Under the pieces are notes generated by a model that ran no database searches, was not told the DNA's origin, and was given only the letters and a program-made list of their open reading frames with translations. DNA of 61,475 nt, the filler included, from Basidioascus undulatus (Eukaryota), in assembly GCA_000826855.1 (NCBI GenBank). It is 10 parts of 10 records of this genome, joined end to end, with 100 filler letters (N's around TTAATTAATTAA, not from the genome) between each part and the next. Parts side by side here need not be neighbours in the genome. Positions count along the whole stretch, not along the records: positions 1 to 24,995 come from JTLS01000227.1; 9 more parts are not named here. One strand, 5' to 3'. This document shows positions 1 to 11,560 of the stretch, piece after piece (position 1 is the first letter of the stretch; each line of letters opens with the position of its first letter). The position numbers and the translations under genes were made by a program.

Positions 1-1385
1 GAGGGGAGAGGGGAGGCACGCACGCAGATCGCTATAGGCGTGCCGTGTAAAAGGTGCTGAACGATATGGTGCGACTCGAGGTTCTTGACCGTCTTGCATC
101 TGATGTTCGTTCCCGCATGCAGTCAGTCCCTTTCTCAGCAGCGCGAAATCATTGAGAACAACAGTGAAGGCGTTGGTGAAGACATACAGAAGGTTCGAGC
201 TCAGGCACAGTTCCAAGCAGATTCGCTTCTCCAGCACGACTTCGAGAGCCCGTGGGGAGAGGAACGTCGCGTGCCCGAGTCGGTCGGGGCGGCAGAGCGT
301 AAGAAGCTCATACTCGATCTGCTCCTCGTCGGGGGTCTGAGGTGCGGTCTGATGGGCGACGAACAGCGAGTCAGAGACAGAAGAGAAGGATTTGATGGGG
401 GGGGAACGAGAAGACAAGGAAGCGAAGGTGATTGGCGTACCTCGTAAAGGTGCATTGTGAGACCTAGGCCGGCAGCCTTTACCCGCGCGAGAGCAGGCAG
501 CAGTTGACGGACGTCGTTGCCCTACAGAAAAGGAGACATTTTTTCCAACAGCACTTATCAGCTTCAGGACACGGTTAAGCATCAAGGAGGTCCAGGTCAT
601 GCTTCAGGACATACCGTGGTCATGTCCCCGCAGAGATCTACGCCCATGACACGCTCGCCCTCCTCCTTCAGCTTCACTGCGAGCGCCACAATCTCATCCG
701 CATCCGCCGCGCTCATCCTCCTATCCACGGACACGATGAGCCCGACGCGCGAGGCGTCGCCGCCCAGTTCGTCGCGCGCGAAGTCCGCCATGGCGTGAAG
801 GACGGCGCGGAGATAGTCCTCGCGCGTGACATGCGTGGTGGATACGGCGCGAGGCGTGGTGCGGAGGTCGAGGTGCGTTGCATCTGCGCTGGCAGTAGAG
901 TTCGGAGGAGGAGAGAGGAAGAGGCGGAGGACGGAAAGTGTGGCGTGGTAGATTGCGGTGGGGGTGGACGTCAACCTGGGCGACAGCATCATGTCAGAAA
1001 AGGGGCAACTGGTGCGAGGAAAGGGTGAGTAAGGTGCATACGCGTATATGGAAGGGAAGAGCCCGAAAAAGTCTCCAATCTCCTCCAGTACCACGCCGTC
1101 TTCGAGCCTCCTCAGCCCGCTCTCGACCGCCTCTCCCTCGCCCACAAGCGGCAAGCTCTCCTCGCCGGGGAACGCGCGCCGATCTCTTCGACGGGCAGCG
1201 AGTTCGCGCAGCGTCTCAACGGGTATAGACCCGTTGAGGTGAGCGTGGAGTTCGGCGCGGTGCGGGAGCGTGTGCAGGAAGGAGAGCTGGGAGGGCGTGA
1301 GATGCTGGAGCGCTGCGGGACCTGGCGCGAGTGGAAGGGAACGTAGAGGGTCGGTTCCGGTAGGGAGCGTCTCCGTCGGACACAT
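1..1385 (-). CDS. ADAL: Adenosine deaminase-like protein (ADAL/N6-methyl-AMP deaminase type), multi-exon, 3' end runs off the window
   Basis: Spliced translation gives ELHAHLNGSIP (metal-binding), HLDLRTTPR, GVDLCGD, LTMHLYE, DRLGHATFL and LELCLSSN. GT-AG introns at about 1041-976 and 614-522. Confidence 0.85.
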
Positions 1386-1606
1386 TGTAGAAGGTGACTG
1401 GGAAGTGGATGTGCAGGTGCGAGAAAGCAACCGACGGCGGACGCTGCTTTCTATTTGAGTCGCGGAAAGAAACCGCCGCAAGCAGGGTAGTTGACCTAGT
1501 AGCAGCCAACAGGGAAAACAAAAAGAAACGTCGGTGACAGATCGGCAATTTTCATGTTAACGGAATGGGGTAGGAAGGTTGGTCGTCGCGCACGTACTTG
1601 CGTGAC

Positions 1607-1616
1607 AAAAAAAAAA
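1607..1616 (-). terminator. Pol III oligo-T terminator of tRNA-Pro
   Basis: T10 run on the minus strand, 4 nt downstream of the tRNA 3' end. Confidence 0.85.
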
Positions 1617-1620
1617 GATA

Positions 1621-1706
1621 GGGCCTGACCGGGAATTGAACCCGGGACCTCTCCCAAACTGCTAGAACAGCCCTAAGGGAAAATCATACTACTAGACCAT
1701 CAGGCC
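1621..1706 (-). tRNA. tRNA-Pro(AGG) with a 14-nt intron (1657-1670)
   Basis: Full cloverleaf: GGCCTGA/TCAGGCC acceptor, TTCCC-TT-AGG-G-[intron]-T-GGGAG anticodon arm, CCGGG-TTCAATT-CCCGG T arm. Confidence 0.95.
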
Positions 1707-2221
1707 TTAAGGGAAGCGGGCCAGTCCATATTTTATAGTCGGATATTGCCTTTCATGGGGAAGCATTTGTTGAATCTGGACGGGCTCTGCAGTCTAGACA
1801 TCTATGATCCCAAAAAATTCTTCATTCTAACTTCTTTTAACAGTAACCGCCGAGCTCAAAGTGCAGTCCCGCTTTGTCCGGTTCTACTGGCTTTGACTGA
1901 TATATTTGCAGCCGGAGTGCCACTGTCCAGCAATGGTCCAGCACTGTCCACTTGAAGCTATTAGTTTTAACTGGTACAGAGCGTCCGCTACGGTAGTTGG
2001 TGAAAAAGAACGGCGCACAGACTGTGCAGTAGTCGATGGTGAACCAGCAGCCACGTGCGGACGACGCGCCGGCCTGCGTGTTTGTCGACTCTTGCTGCGA
2101 GTTGAGTGACTTTCGATCTTGAGGGTCCTTCTTCGCCTCCGCTCCTCGCCTTGCTTCCCTTTCAACCCGCTCCTTCAACAACATCCACACACCAACACAC
2201 CCACACTCCTTCATCTCATTC

Positions 2222-5200
2222 ATGGCTCTATCATCCTCCCCCTCCTACCCGCCCACATCCACCCTCGGCCTAGGCCGGCCCTCCATCCTCGCCGCACCCA
2301 CTTCCCCCGCCCGCCCCCGCGCCCGCCGCGTCGCACCCTCCCCCAGCCTCGACAGCCTCACAGGCGACGACGACGACGACGACTCGTCTACCGATGAGGA
2401 AGCTTTGCCGATGCCAAGTACCCCTAGGCAACTGAGGAGGGGCACGGCGTGGAGAGAGCAGGAGCAGGGCGAGGAGGGCAAGGCAGAGAACGTACAGGTG
2501 TTTGTCCGGTACGTCCTTGTCGTTGTGGGACGTGAAGGAAAGGGAGCTGATGGGCAAATGGAACAGTCTTCGACCGTCACACGTCTCTGCCGTGGCTTCA
2601 TCTTCATCCTCCTCCGCTTCCTCCTCTGCACCGTCCTCCTCGCTCTACACCCTCGATGCTTCCACCGGCCAAGTCGTCCTCGCCGAACACCACCCAAACG
2701 TTGAGAAGCGGAGCGGGGGGAAGCCTGGCTGCGCGCAGGGCACGGAGGAAGGCGGGCAGTACCGGTTCCAGTTCGGTGAAAATATCCCATACTGTTCCCT
2801 TTCCCTTGCGGATTGCTCACGCGACCGGGCACCCAGACGGCCTCCTCCTCCCCCCCGCGCAAACGTCCACCCTCTATGAATCAAACATCACCTCCCTCAT
2901 CCGCTCCGCCATGAAGGGGTTCAACGCAACCGTTCGTCTTCCCTTTCTCCTCTTGCAGTTCCCAGACTGACCAGTGATCCCAATCCACGATAGGTCTTCG
3001 CCTACGGCCAAACCGGCTCGGGGAAGACGCACACGCTCACGGGCACGGAGGACGAGCCGGGCATCATCCCGCTAGCGGTGGAGCAGGTGTTCGAGGAGAT
3101 CTACGACGTGCGCGCACCCCATTCTTCCCTCTTCCTTTACACTTCCTCTAGTGGCTCACGCCCGCTGTGCCTCCCAGAACCCCGACCGCGACTTCCTCCT
3201 GCGCGTGCGGTACGTCGAGGTGCGTCGCGTCCAGCAACCGCTCGCCTATGTCGCCCGGCGAAGGACTAACCACGCTCGCTGCTGTTGCTGCAGATCTACA
3301 ACGAGAAGATCCGCGACCTCCTCGCGACCCCCTCCGTCAGCACCAAAGGGCTGCGAATGCGGGAAGACAAGCAGGTCCGTTCCTTCCTCCCTCTTCCTCT
3401 TCCTCTTCCTCTTCCTCTTCCTCTTCCTCTTCCTCTTCCTCTTCCTCTTCCTCTTTCTTTCTTATCTTGACTGGAGACTGATCCATCCCTCGTCCCGCGC
3501 ATAGGGTAACCCCTACGTCGAAGGCCTCCAGGAGGTGATCGTCACGACGCCTCAGGAGGTCCTCGCGCTCAAGGAGCAGGGCGAGAAGAACCGCCATGTG
3601 GGCGCGACGGACTGGAACGTGCGTTCAACCCTTCTTCCTTGTTTCTTCCCCTTGCTTTCTTCTTCCTTCTACCCCTTCTTCTTTCCCCTTCCTTTCCCGC
3701 TCGCCGCTGAGCTCCGCCCCCGGTTCAAACGCACAGGCGCACTCGAGCCGCTCGCACTGCATCTTCCAGATCGTCAGTTCCCTCTCCGGTTGTCAGACCT
3801 CCCCCCTTCCTCGCTCCATGCAGTTGACACTGCGAAAATCACCCGTGGCAGGTCATCGAGTCCTCCGAGAAAGTCGGCTCCCCGCAGCTGGGCGGCGTCC
3901 CCGCCAGCCCCGCGCCAGGGCAGCGCACCGCCACGCGGAAGAGCATCCTTGTTCGTTCCAAATCCTTACTCTGTGCCATACAAACGTGACCTTGCTGATA
4001 TGATGGCTCGGGTTTCTGATGGCAGAACCTCATCGATCTCGCCGGCTCGGAAAAGGCTGCGAGCGACTCGAACCGCCGCATCGAGGGGAGCAATATTAAC
4101 AAGTCGTGCGTCCCTCCATTTCTCACCCAGCTTGTTTCTGCTTCCTTGCTTGACGGCGCACTGCGTGGTGATGACCCTCCAGCCTTCTCGCCCTCTCAAC
4201 GGTCATCTCCGAGATAGTCAAGACGCCCAAGCCGACGCACATTCCGTTCCGGAACTCCAAGGTCTGGTTTGCTTCCCTCTTACCCTTCAGCTCCCACCCT
4301 ACCCTACTTTCGGCAGAGACTGACGTTGTGAGCATCCGGATGATCGCAGCTCACCCTCCTCCTCAAGCCCTCCCTCTCCGGCGACGCCAAGGTCGGCGTG
4401 GTGTGCACGATAGCGGACGGGGTCGAGTTCGCTGGTGCGACGCTCGACACGCTCAAGTTCGCTGTACGGCAACATCCTTTTCCTCTTCTTCCACTGTCTT
4501 ATTTGTCGACTCACACGTTTCGTTACCGACAGCGCACGATCAAGCGCGTCAAGACCGAGGCGAAGCGGGGTCTCGTGCGTCTTTTCTCTGTCTGCAAAGC
4601 GGTGAAAGCACCGACTAAAGCAGATGGTTGTGGCGCAGGTCCTCGACGGATCGAAGGACGCCCTCATTCAGCACCAGGCATCCCAGGTCCGCCAGCTCCA
4701 GCGCGAGGTCGCGGCGCTCGAGGAACTGCTCGACGAGGAGGTGCAGCGCGCGCGGGGAGAAGAGCGCGAGAAGCAGGCGGCCGCTGTCAGTCTTCCCTTT
4801 CAACACCCCTCCCCCACTCCTTTTCCCTTATTCCCGCCCGCATGCTCATCCCACACTTTCCACGCAGCACCAAGTCGAGATCGCGCGCCTGCGTGCCGAG
4901 CTGGAAGAAGCGAAGAAGCCGATCTTGAACGCTCTGGCCGTGGGCCCATCCGCGCGCCGCAAGTCGTCGCTGCTCGGAGGACAGCACGGCCCGCTCCTGG
5001 GCGGCTCGCGCCGTCTGTCTGATATGGGCCTCGGGCATGGAGCGCCGGGGTTCCGCGTGCCGAGCGGCCCGGGGCGGAGGGTCATCAGCGGGATCGCGGA
5101 GGGGTCGCCGGCGGTGGGGAGCGTGGAGAAGGTGCGTTCTGGGGAGAGGGAGTTTCCCACCGTTTGATGCGACACTTGCTGACCGCTATTAGGTTGGATG

Positions 5201-6913
5201 GGTACAGGAAGCCGCCCTCGAGAAGGAGCTCGAGCAATCCCGTGCCGCGCTCGGGGAGAAGGAGCGCCGCGTTGCCGAGCTGGAGGACGAGCTGCGCGTC
5301 CAGCGCCAGGTAGAAGTCGAGCGTGCCGCCGCACTGCGACGCGAGCGGGACGAGGCACGGGCGAAGGCGCTCAAGGGCGCGGACGAGGACGCCCAGCTCG
5401 CGTTCCTCCACCGCGAACGGGACGAGCACGCGGCCGAGGTCCGTCGGCTGCGCTCCACGCTGGATAGCAACAAGAATGACGCTTTGGGCGAGCTCGTCCG
5501 CGTCCAGCGGCAGAGGGACGAGCACTCTGCGGAGGTGCAGCGCCTGCGGGCGGCGCTGGAGAACCTGCGCGACGAGGAGGCTGGGGAGCTCGTGAGGGTC
5601 CAGCGTCTGGCGGACCGCCTGCGCGCGGAGCTTGACGCTGGCGAAGCTGCGGACGGCGAGCACGCCGCGGAGGTCCAGCGTCTTCGGGCCGCGCTCGAGA
5701 GCAGGCGGGCGGACGAGGCGTCGGAGCTCGTCCGCGTGCAAGGGCTGGCCGAGCGACACGCCGAGGAGGCCCGGCAATTTCGGGCGGAGCTCGACGCACG
5801 CTCGTCGACGGAGGCGGGCGACCTGGCGCGTCTGCAGGCGCAGCTTGACGAGGCGCGCGCGATGGCGTCCAAGGCGACCGCGTCGCTTGCGGAGCGCGAC
5901 GCGGCGCTGTCTGCGCGGGACGCCAAGATCCGGACGCTCGAGGCGCGCCGGCAGGAGGAGGAGGCTGAGGCGGGGAACGTGAACGTCGTCGGGCGGATGG
6001 AGGAGTACGTCGAGCTCCAGGCGAAGGCGGACGAGCAGCGGGAGACGATCGAGCGCCTCCAGGCGGAGGTGGGCAAGCTCAAGGCCCGCCCGCTTCCCGA
6101 GCCCAAACCCGCGACGACCGCCGCGCTGGCCATCCCGACTACACCGACGCGCACGCGCAGCTTCGCGGACCGCCCGTCGAACGTCGTGATCGTCGCTACG
6201 CCGACGCGGTACGGCAGTGTGCGCGAGCACGTGCGGTATGAGGGCGCGGGGTCCGGGGCGAGGGAGAAGGACTGGGAAGAGATTGCTAGGCTGAACGAGG
6301 TCGTTCGGAGCCAGCGGTGAGTTGCGGAGTTGCTTCGAAGATATGCCTGCCTGGTGCTTGGAGCTGACGCCTTGCCTTGCCTTGCTTTGCAGCGACACCA
6401 TCGCCGAGCTTCGCAAGGATCTCGCTCAATGGCGCAGCGTGCGTCCTTCACCCTATTTAAGTCGCTTTGTGCTTTGGCTGACCCTCTGCCGTTCCCGTCC
6501 CACAGCAACTCGCCGCCCAACAAACGCTCATCGAGTCCCTCATCGGCACCTCCTCCTCTTCCTCCTCTTCCTCCTCCGGCCCCCCTCCCGCACCGACCTA
6601 CCCCTCTTTCTCCCCTCTCCGCGCAAACATCTCCACCCGTCCCATCTCCTCGCCCGCACCCTCCGAGCTCGAGCCCCAGCAAACCGGCTTCCGCACTCCG
6701 ACCAAGGCGTCGTCTGCCGCGTGGACAGCCGGCACGCCCGAGCCGCTCCCCGCGCACGCGGGCCTGCGCAGCAACAGCATCCGCCGTGGACCGCGCAAGA
6801 CGATCGAGCACGACCTCAAGTTCCTCGCTTCCACTAGCCGCGTCGAAAAGTCAAAGACGCTGCTCAGAGCTGACAGCCCGAGGACGTCCCGCCAGGGCTT
6901 CAGGCCATCTTAG
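2222..6913 (+). CDS. Kinesin motor protein, kinesin-7 (CENP-E/Kip2-like), many exons, long coiled-coil tail
   Basis: ENVQVFVR, P-loop [70 protein letters not shown] is typical of kinesin-7. Stop TAG at 6911-6913. Confidence 0.9.
3391..3453 (+). repeat. (CTTCCT)n microsatellite inside a kinesin intron
   Basis: About 10 tandem hexamer units visible directly. Confidence 0.9.
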
Positions 6914-7307
6914 GCGCGGGCTGAGTTGACAGGCTCCCCCTCCCCACTTTTCGTATTCTTTTGGCTTCAAGGTGTGCGCTGGCCGCACTTGCTGATCTCG
7001 ACCGCACTCGCATCGCACCTTCCCACCGTTCAGTCTGTCTTTTGTCTTGTCGCTGTTCCCTCATTCGATTTTTCTCTTCGCCTCAGTTTGGACGCTTTCC
7101 CTTGCGCTGTATCGAATGCTCTGCGATGATGACATCCTGTGACAATGATGTCGTGTCTGTGGGTTAATGGCAGCGAAGGTCGTTGGCGAAAACCTGTTCG
7201 CGACCATCTTACGCGGCCTTGCTTCGAGTACATGCATGCGACATAGCAGCATTCACGTGGGCAGTAACAGCATGTAATGGTCGATAGTTCAACATGCGAT
7301 GTGACAG

Positions 7308-8529
7308 CTATGCATCCTTCGTCGCACCCAGGCGCCTGCCCTCCTCGTCGTAGACCTGGATGCCACAGCGCTCCAGCTTTAGACTCATTCGAACGGCCCA
7401 GGCAAGGAGGGCATCATCGCGAGTCAGCTCCCATGTAAACGGTCCTGAAAGGGGGAGCCGCAGCGTGACCATGTCGAACTTCTGCCAGGGGGCCGTCGCG
7501 AGTCCGCCAAGCATATCTCCCGAGAGACGTGCGATATTCGAGATATGTTTTCGGGAGGGCTCAGTGAGAGCCGTCAGAAACGCAGTCGGAAGCTCAGACA
7601 GTCTTGACGGTGCGCTAAGGGCAAGCCGGAGCGTGCGAAGATTCGAGCACACCGCGAGCACGGGAGCAAGCACTACTTGCTCGTCGCCTTTAGAGCAAGA
7701 AAGCGCACATTCTGGTCGTGACATTTGAAAAATGAAACGAGGTGCTCTGCGGTGTTCACTCGCACGGCCACCGAAACCACGCTGAGTGCCGGGAGTACGA
7801 CGGCCGAGAGCGCTGGAGAACCGAAAGCCAACGAGAGCGGTCGATTTGAGGTAGAGATTTTCGAGACGAGGCATGTCCAAGGGCATGGACTCGGTATCTG
7901 GAGCTCCAAACGCGACGCGCTTACTTTAAGGTATCGAAGGCCCTTAAAGCGGTTCAAGACGAAGAATAATAATCCCGCACTGGTTACGAGCGGCAGCTTG
8001 ACGTGAACTTCGAGGGAAGTGAGGCTAATGTCGCAGCTGCGGCTCATCGTGTCGAGGAGCTGCAACCCAGAACGGTAGCCCTAAGGCCCTTGGGTGGAGC
8101 CTATGGCGCTGAAAGCCGTCAGGTGGCCAAGGAGCAGCGCAAAGGAGGTCATCGCGGTGAGGTCGAGCGAGCTGGCCGCCAGATCTTCGTTGATGCAGAC
8201 GTTGACACAGCGAATGAGAGCGGCCATATGGAACATTCCGCTTCTCGAAGGTGAGGAGGCTCTCATAAAGGCGCTCGATCGAGACAAGAGACCGGAGGGT
8301 GATCGTTTCGAGGAAGTGACGCTGGGCAACAGGCTGTTGGCCAAACCTCCCCACTCAGTAATAGGGCTTAGACAACGGTTGGGGGAAAACTTACGTATAG
8401 CTTCTTACAGATCAAGGGGAGAGCATTGCGCGTCGCCACCGCTTCCGCGCTCGTGTCGTCGACGGTGGCGAACGCAAAGGTGCGCAGAAGAATCTCGTCG
8501 GGAAGGGCCAAGATCGGGCTAAGGGTCAT
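7308..8529 (-). pseudogene. F-box/LRR-like gene with frameshifts
   Basis: Exon 1 MTLSPILALPDEILLRTFAFAT...LPLICKKLY ends at a GTAAG donor. Leucine-rich segments (LTSLEVHV, LRYLKVS, PRLENLYL, NLRTLRL) are spread over several frames. Confidence 0.55.
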
Positions 8530-8930
8530 GTTGGAAGAATCTCGGTATGACCGGGAATATCAAAAAGTTGCGAAGCTGGTCGAGGAAGGAGCTCGGCGTA
8601 GGCGGGCTGTGAGACGAGTGTGGTGGCGGTAGCTGGCCAACCCGAGGGTCAACCCCTGAGCGGTGAAGAACGTTGTCAGGGGCTCATGTAATCCGCATCC
8701 CAGAAGTTTCACTTTTTGTCTCGTACAACAAACGTAAGCTGCTTATGCATTTCAAACTGCTTTTGCCTAATGACTTGGACAAGTTGATTCTACTCTCAAC
8801 CTGGCTGGGTGCTGCATGATTCAGAGGCGAGTGCCGCAAATGCGCGGTTCACAAACCTTCACGGCTCTGGGAAAATGCAACAGAACCAAAAGGACTCTGG
8901 TCATATTCCTTTGTCTGCACACTGATACGT

Positions 8931-11560
8931 TCACTCGCTGTCACTATAGCGCCCAACAACCAGGGGAAGCTGCGCCCCTTCGGCCTCCCTGCCCTTGACT
9001 TTGGTAAGGAGGCTCGGGATGAAGGTTCGTGTGATTTCCGGCCGGTTGGGCGGCAGCTCGAAAGTGTCTAGAGATAACTGTGTAAGTGGCTTACCCAACG
9101 ACTTAACAATGGTATGAGCTTCGACCGACAGCTTGCGACGAGGGTTGCAATCACCGTCTAGAGTAATATGGCTGCGCCCGTAAGTATTGAATGCACACGG
9201 AACCAATGACCTTCTTTGGGCCTACCATCAACTCTGCGACAGCGAAACGATACCCCAGACAGATTCGGGGTCCGGCTGAGAAAGTTACTGCTCGATCAGG
9301 CTCTCAGACTGTCAGATAAACCCTTAATTTGGCGTCGATATGGACAAAGTGCGGAAGACGCACAAATGTTGGACCACCCCTGCAACCGCTCCCCGCTGTA
9401 GCCTTCATACCTTTCCAGCCACCTCTCGGGACGAAAGTGCATGGAGTCTGGTCCCCAAAGTGTCGTGCTGACATTCGCGCCAGTGCTGGAGATGGAAATG
9501 GACGTTCCGACGGGCACGAAGAGAGATTTGTGCTCCTTTCCGGAGAGACCGACGAGGGGCACCGCGAGCGGGAGGGTAAGATCGAACGCAGCCTGGGGGT
9601 GGTGAGAAAAGGCAGCCGGTCAGAGCAGTTCATCAGAAGACGACGGCAAAGATTGGGAGGTGGGACATACAGCTCGGATTATTCCAGGTGCCGCGCTTTC
9701 TATACGAAGTGTTTCGGCGACAACTGCACTGAGGTAGCGAAGCTTGTCGAGCGCTGCGTAGGAGGGCTGCTGACCGAGTGATCGGACCTCAGCCCGCAGA
9801 CGGTGCTGGACGGAGGGGTTTTGGGCGAGGCTGGTGTGATTTTTTTCAGAATCAAGTCAGGCCTATGGAGGTGGTTTAGGCTCCTACTGGTACAAGCCCC
9901 CCGCCACGCTAGCAGCGGTGGTTTCCTGCCCTAAGCTCATCAGTGAAAGCAGCTGCAGGATGGGTGCAGCAATAGAAACGAACGTGTCCCGCAAAGCTGT
10001 TCCACGGGAAAGTCAGAAAGGCTCAGGTCTTGGATAAAGAGACCTTTCTCACAATATGACACACATCTGGTCCATTATCACATCGTCGGACAGATCCTTT
10101 GCCCCGTCGGCGGTTACTGCATATGAACAGGTAAGCAAAATGCTCAGTGTGGTCCCTCAAGGCACCCTTTGAGCTGTGAGGACTGGGTGCTGACCAATGC
10201 GCGACAGAAGCTCATGTTTGTGCGCTGCAACATGATCGGCATGGCGTCTGGCCTCGCCAAGTAGCGGACGCGCCAGCGTGGTCATTGAATTCTTGATTTG
10301 CAGTAGCGGAGCGAGGACCCAGACGGGCAGGCTGAAGAGGTAGGGCACGCGCTCGAGAACAAAAAGGGACTGTACGGGTATCGTTAGAAAAATCCCCTGA
10401 CGTACTCCAAGAAGGGAAACAAAGCCGACATAGTATTTGTAGAGGGAGGAGATGCGGGTGGACTCCTGAATTGCATCGAGGATCGCGCATGGCTTGCCGG
10501 AGACGGTGCTGAGCTTGACACCGAATGCTGCACCGATAATGATGTCGAAGCTGAAGATGATTAGAATACCCAGAATTTCCGCTTGTGAGTTTCATGGGAC
10601 CCAAAAACGACAAAAACGCACGTCACAGAAGACGCCCATCTTCGGGCGTCCATCAGGACCGGCCCATCAAAAGTCAGGGCATCCCACTCAGCCCGCAGCT
10701 GCAAAGAAAGAATTCAGCACAGATTATACACACAAAGTCAAGTCAAGTATACCAGTATTACCTCTGTCAGTGTCTCATACATCACCGGCAGTGACGCCTC
10801 GGTGGCTTGCGCCGAGAAGCTTGGATTGAGAATTCTGCGCATCTTGCGATGCTCCTCGCCGTCGAGAGCAGCTGTGTGTTTATTTCAGCTCACTTTTTCA
10901 AAACAATCATAATAACACGAGAATACAAACCCAAGTTCTTGCTGCCGACAAACTGATGGGAGGGTAATTATCAAAGCCGCTAAGCGCAGGTGAAGAAGGA
11001 CTTGCCAGAGCATGTTGAACCTGGAGGTTAGAAGGCCGAACAGTGCTGTATGGTTCCTTGATGAGAAGGTAGTTGACGGCGGCCGGGTCTTTGACACAGC
11101 ATTCCTCATTAGTATGGAAGTCGAGTAAATCGAGTAACCGTGTAGCTTGTAGCATAAGGACGTGCCCGCAATGATCAATTTGGGCCCCGATCCGAAAGCA
11201 CCGTCGTATCTGCCAAGAGAGCTTCTGTTTCAGAACAATCTAAAGCTTTTGCTCGTCAAAGACTAACCTGAATACCAGCCCGTGCTCCTCGAGCCACTCT
11301 CCCTCCGTCTGTTGAACGTCTCCGACACGCAACTTGCGCTCATGGCCCCATACAAAGCTCTCGTGAGGCTACCAACACAATTCAGTAAGTACTTGGTTAG
11401 AGCTAGATTAGGGGCATATAGGATGGCTCACAGGTCCCTTCACGTCTGCGAGTGCTTGCTTGATACGCCAACGGCGCAAGACGCTCGGAATGATCCTCAG
11501 ACTGGCGAGACACAGGAGCACGGCCTTGAGGATGATTGTGGTGCTGGGGAGGTGGATCAT
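8931..11560 (-). CDS. Cytochrome P450 monooxygenase, intron-rich
   Basis: N-terminal TM plus GPPHESFVWG, I-helix GQETT (~9920), ETLR (~9710), FRPERW (~9430), heme motif FSAGPRICLG (~9250-9283). Confidence 0.9.

Noticed and set aside
5085..6811. Long minus-strand ORFs of 443 and 540 aa
   Set aside because: Antisense shadows of the GC-rich kinesin exons.
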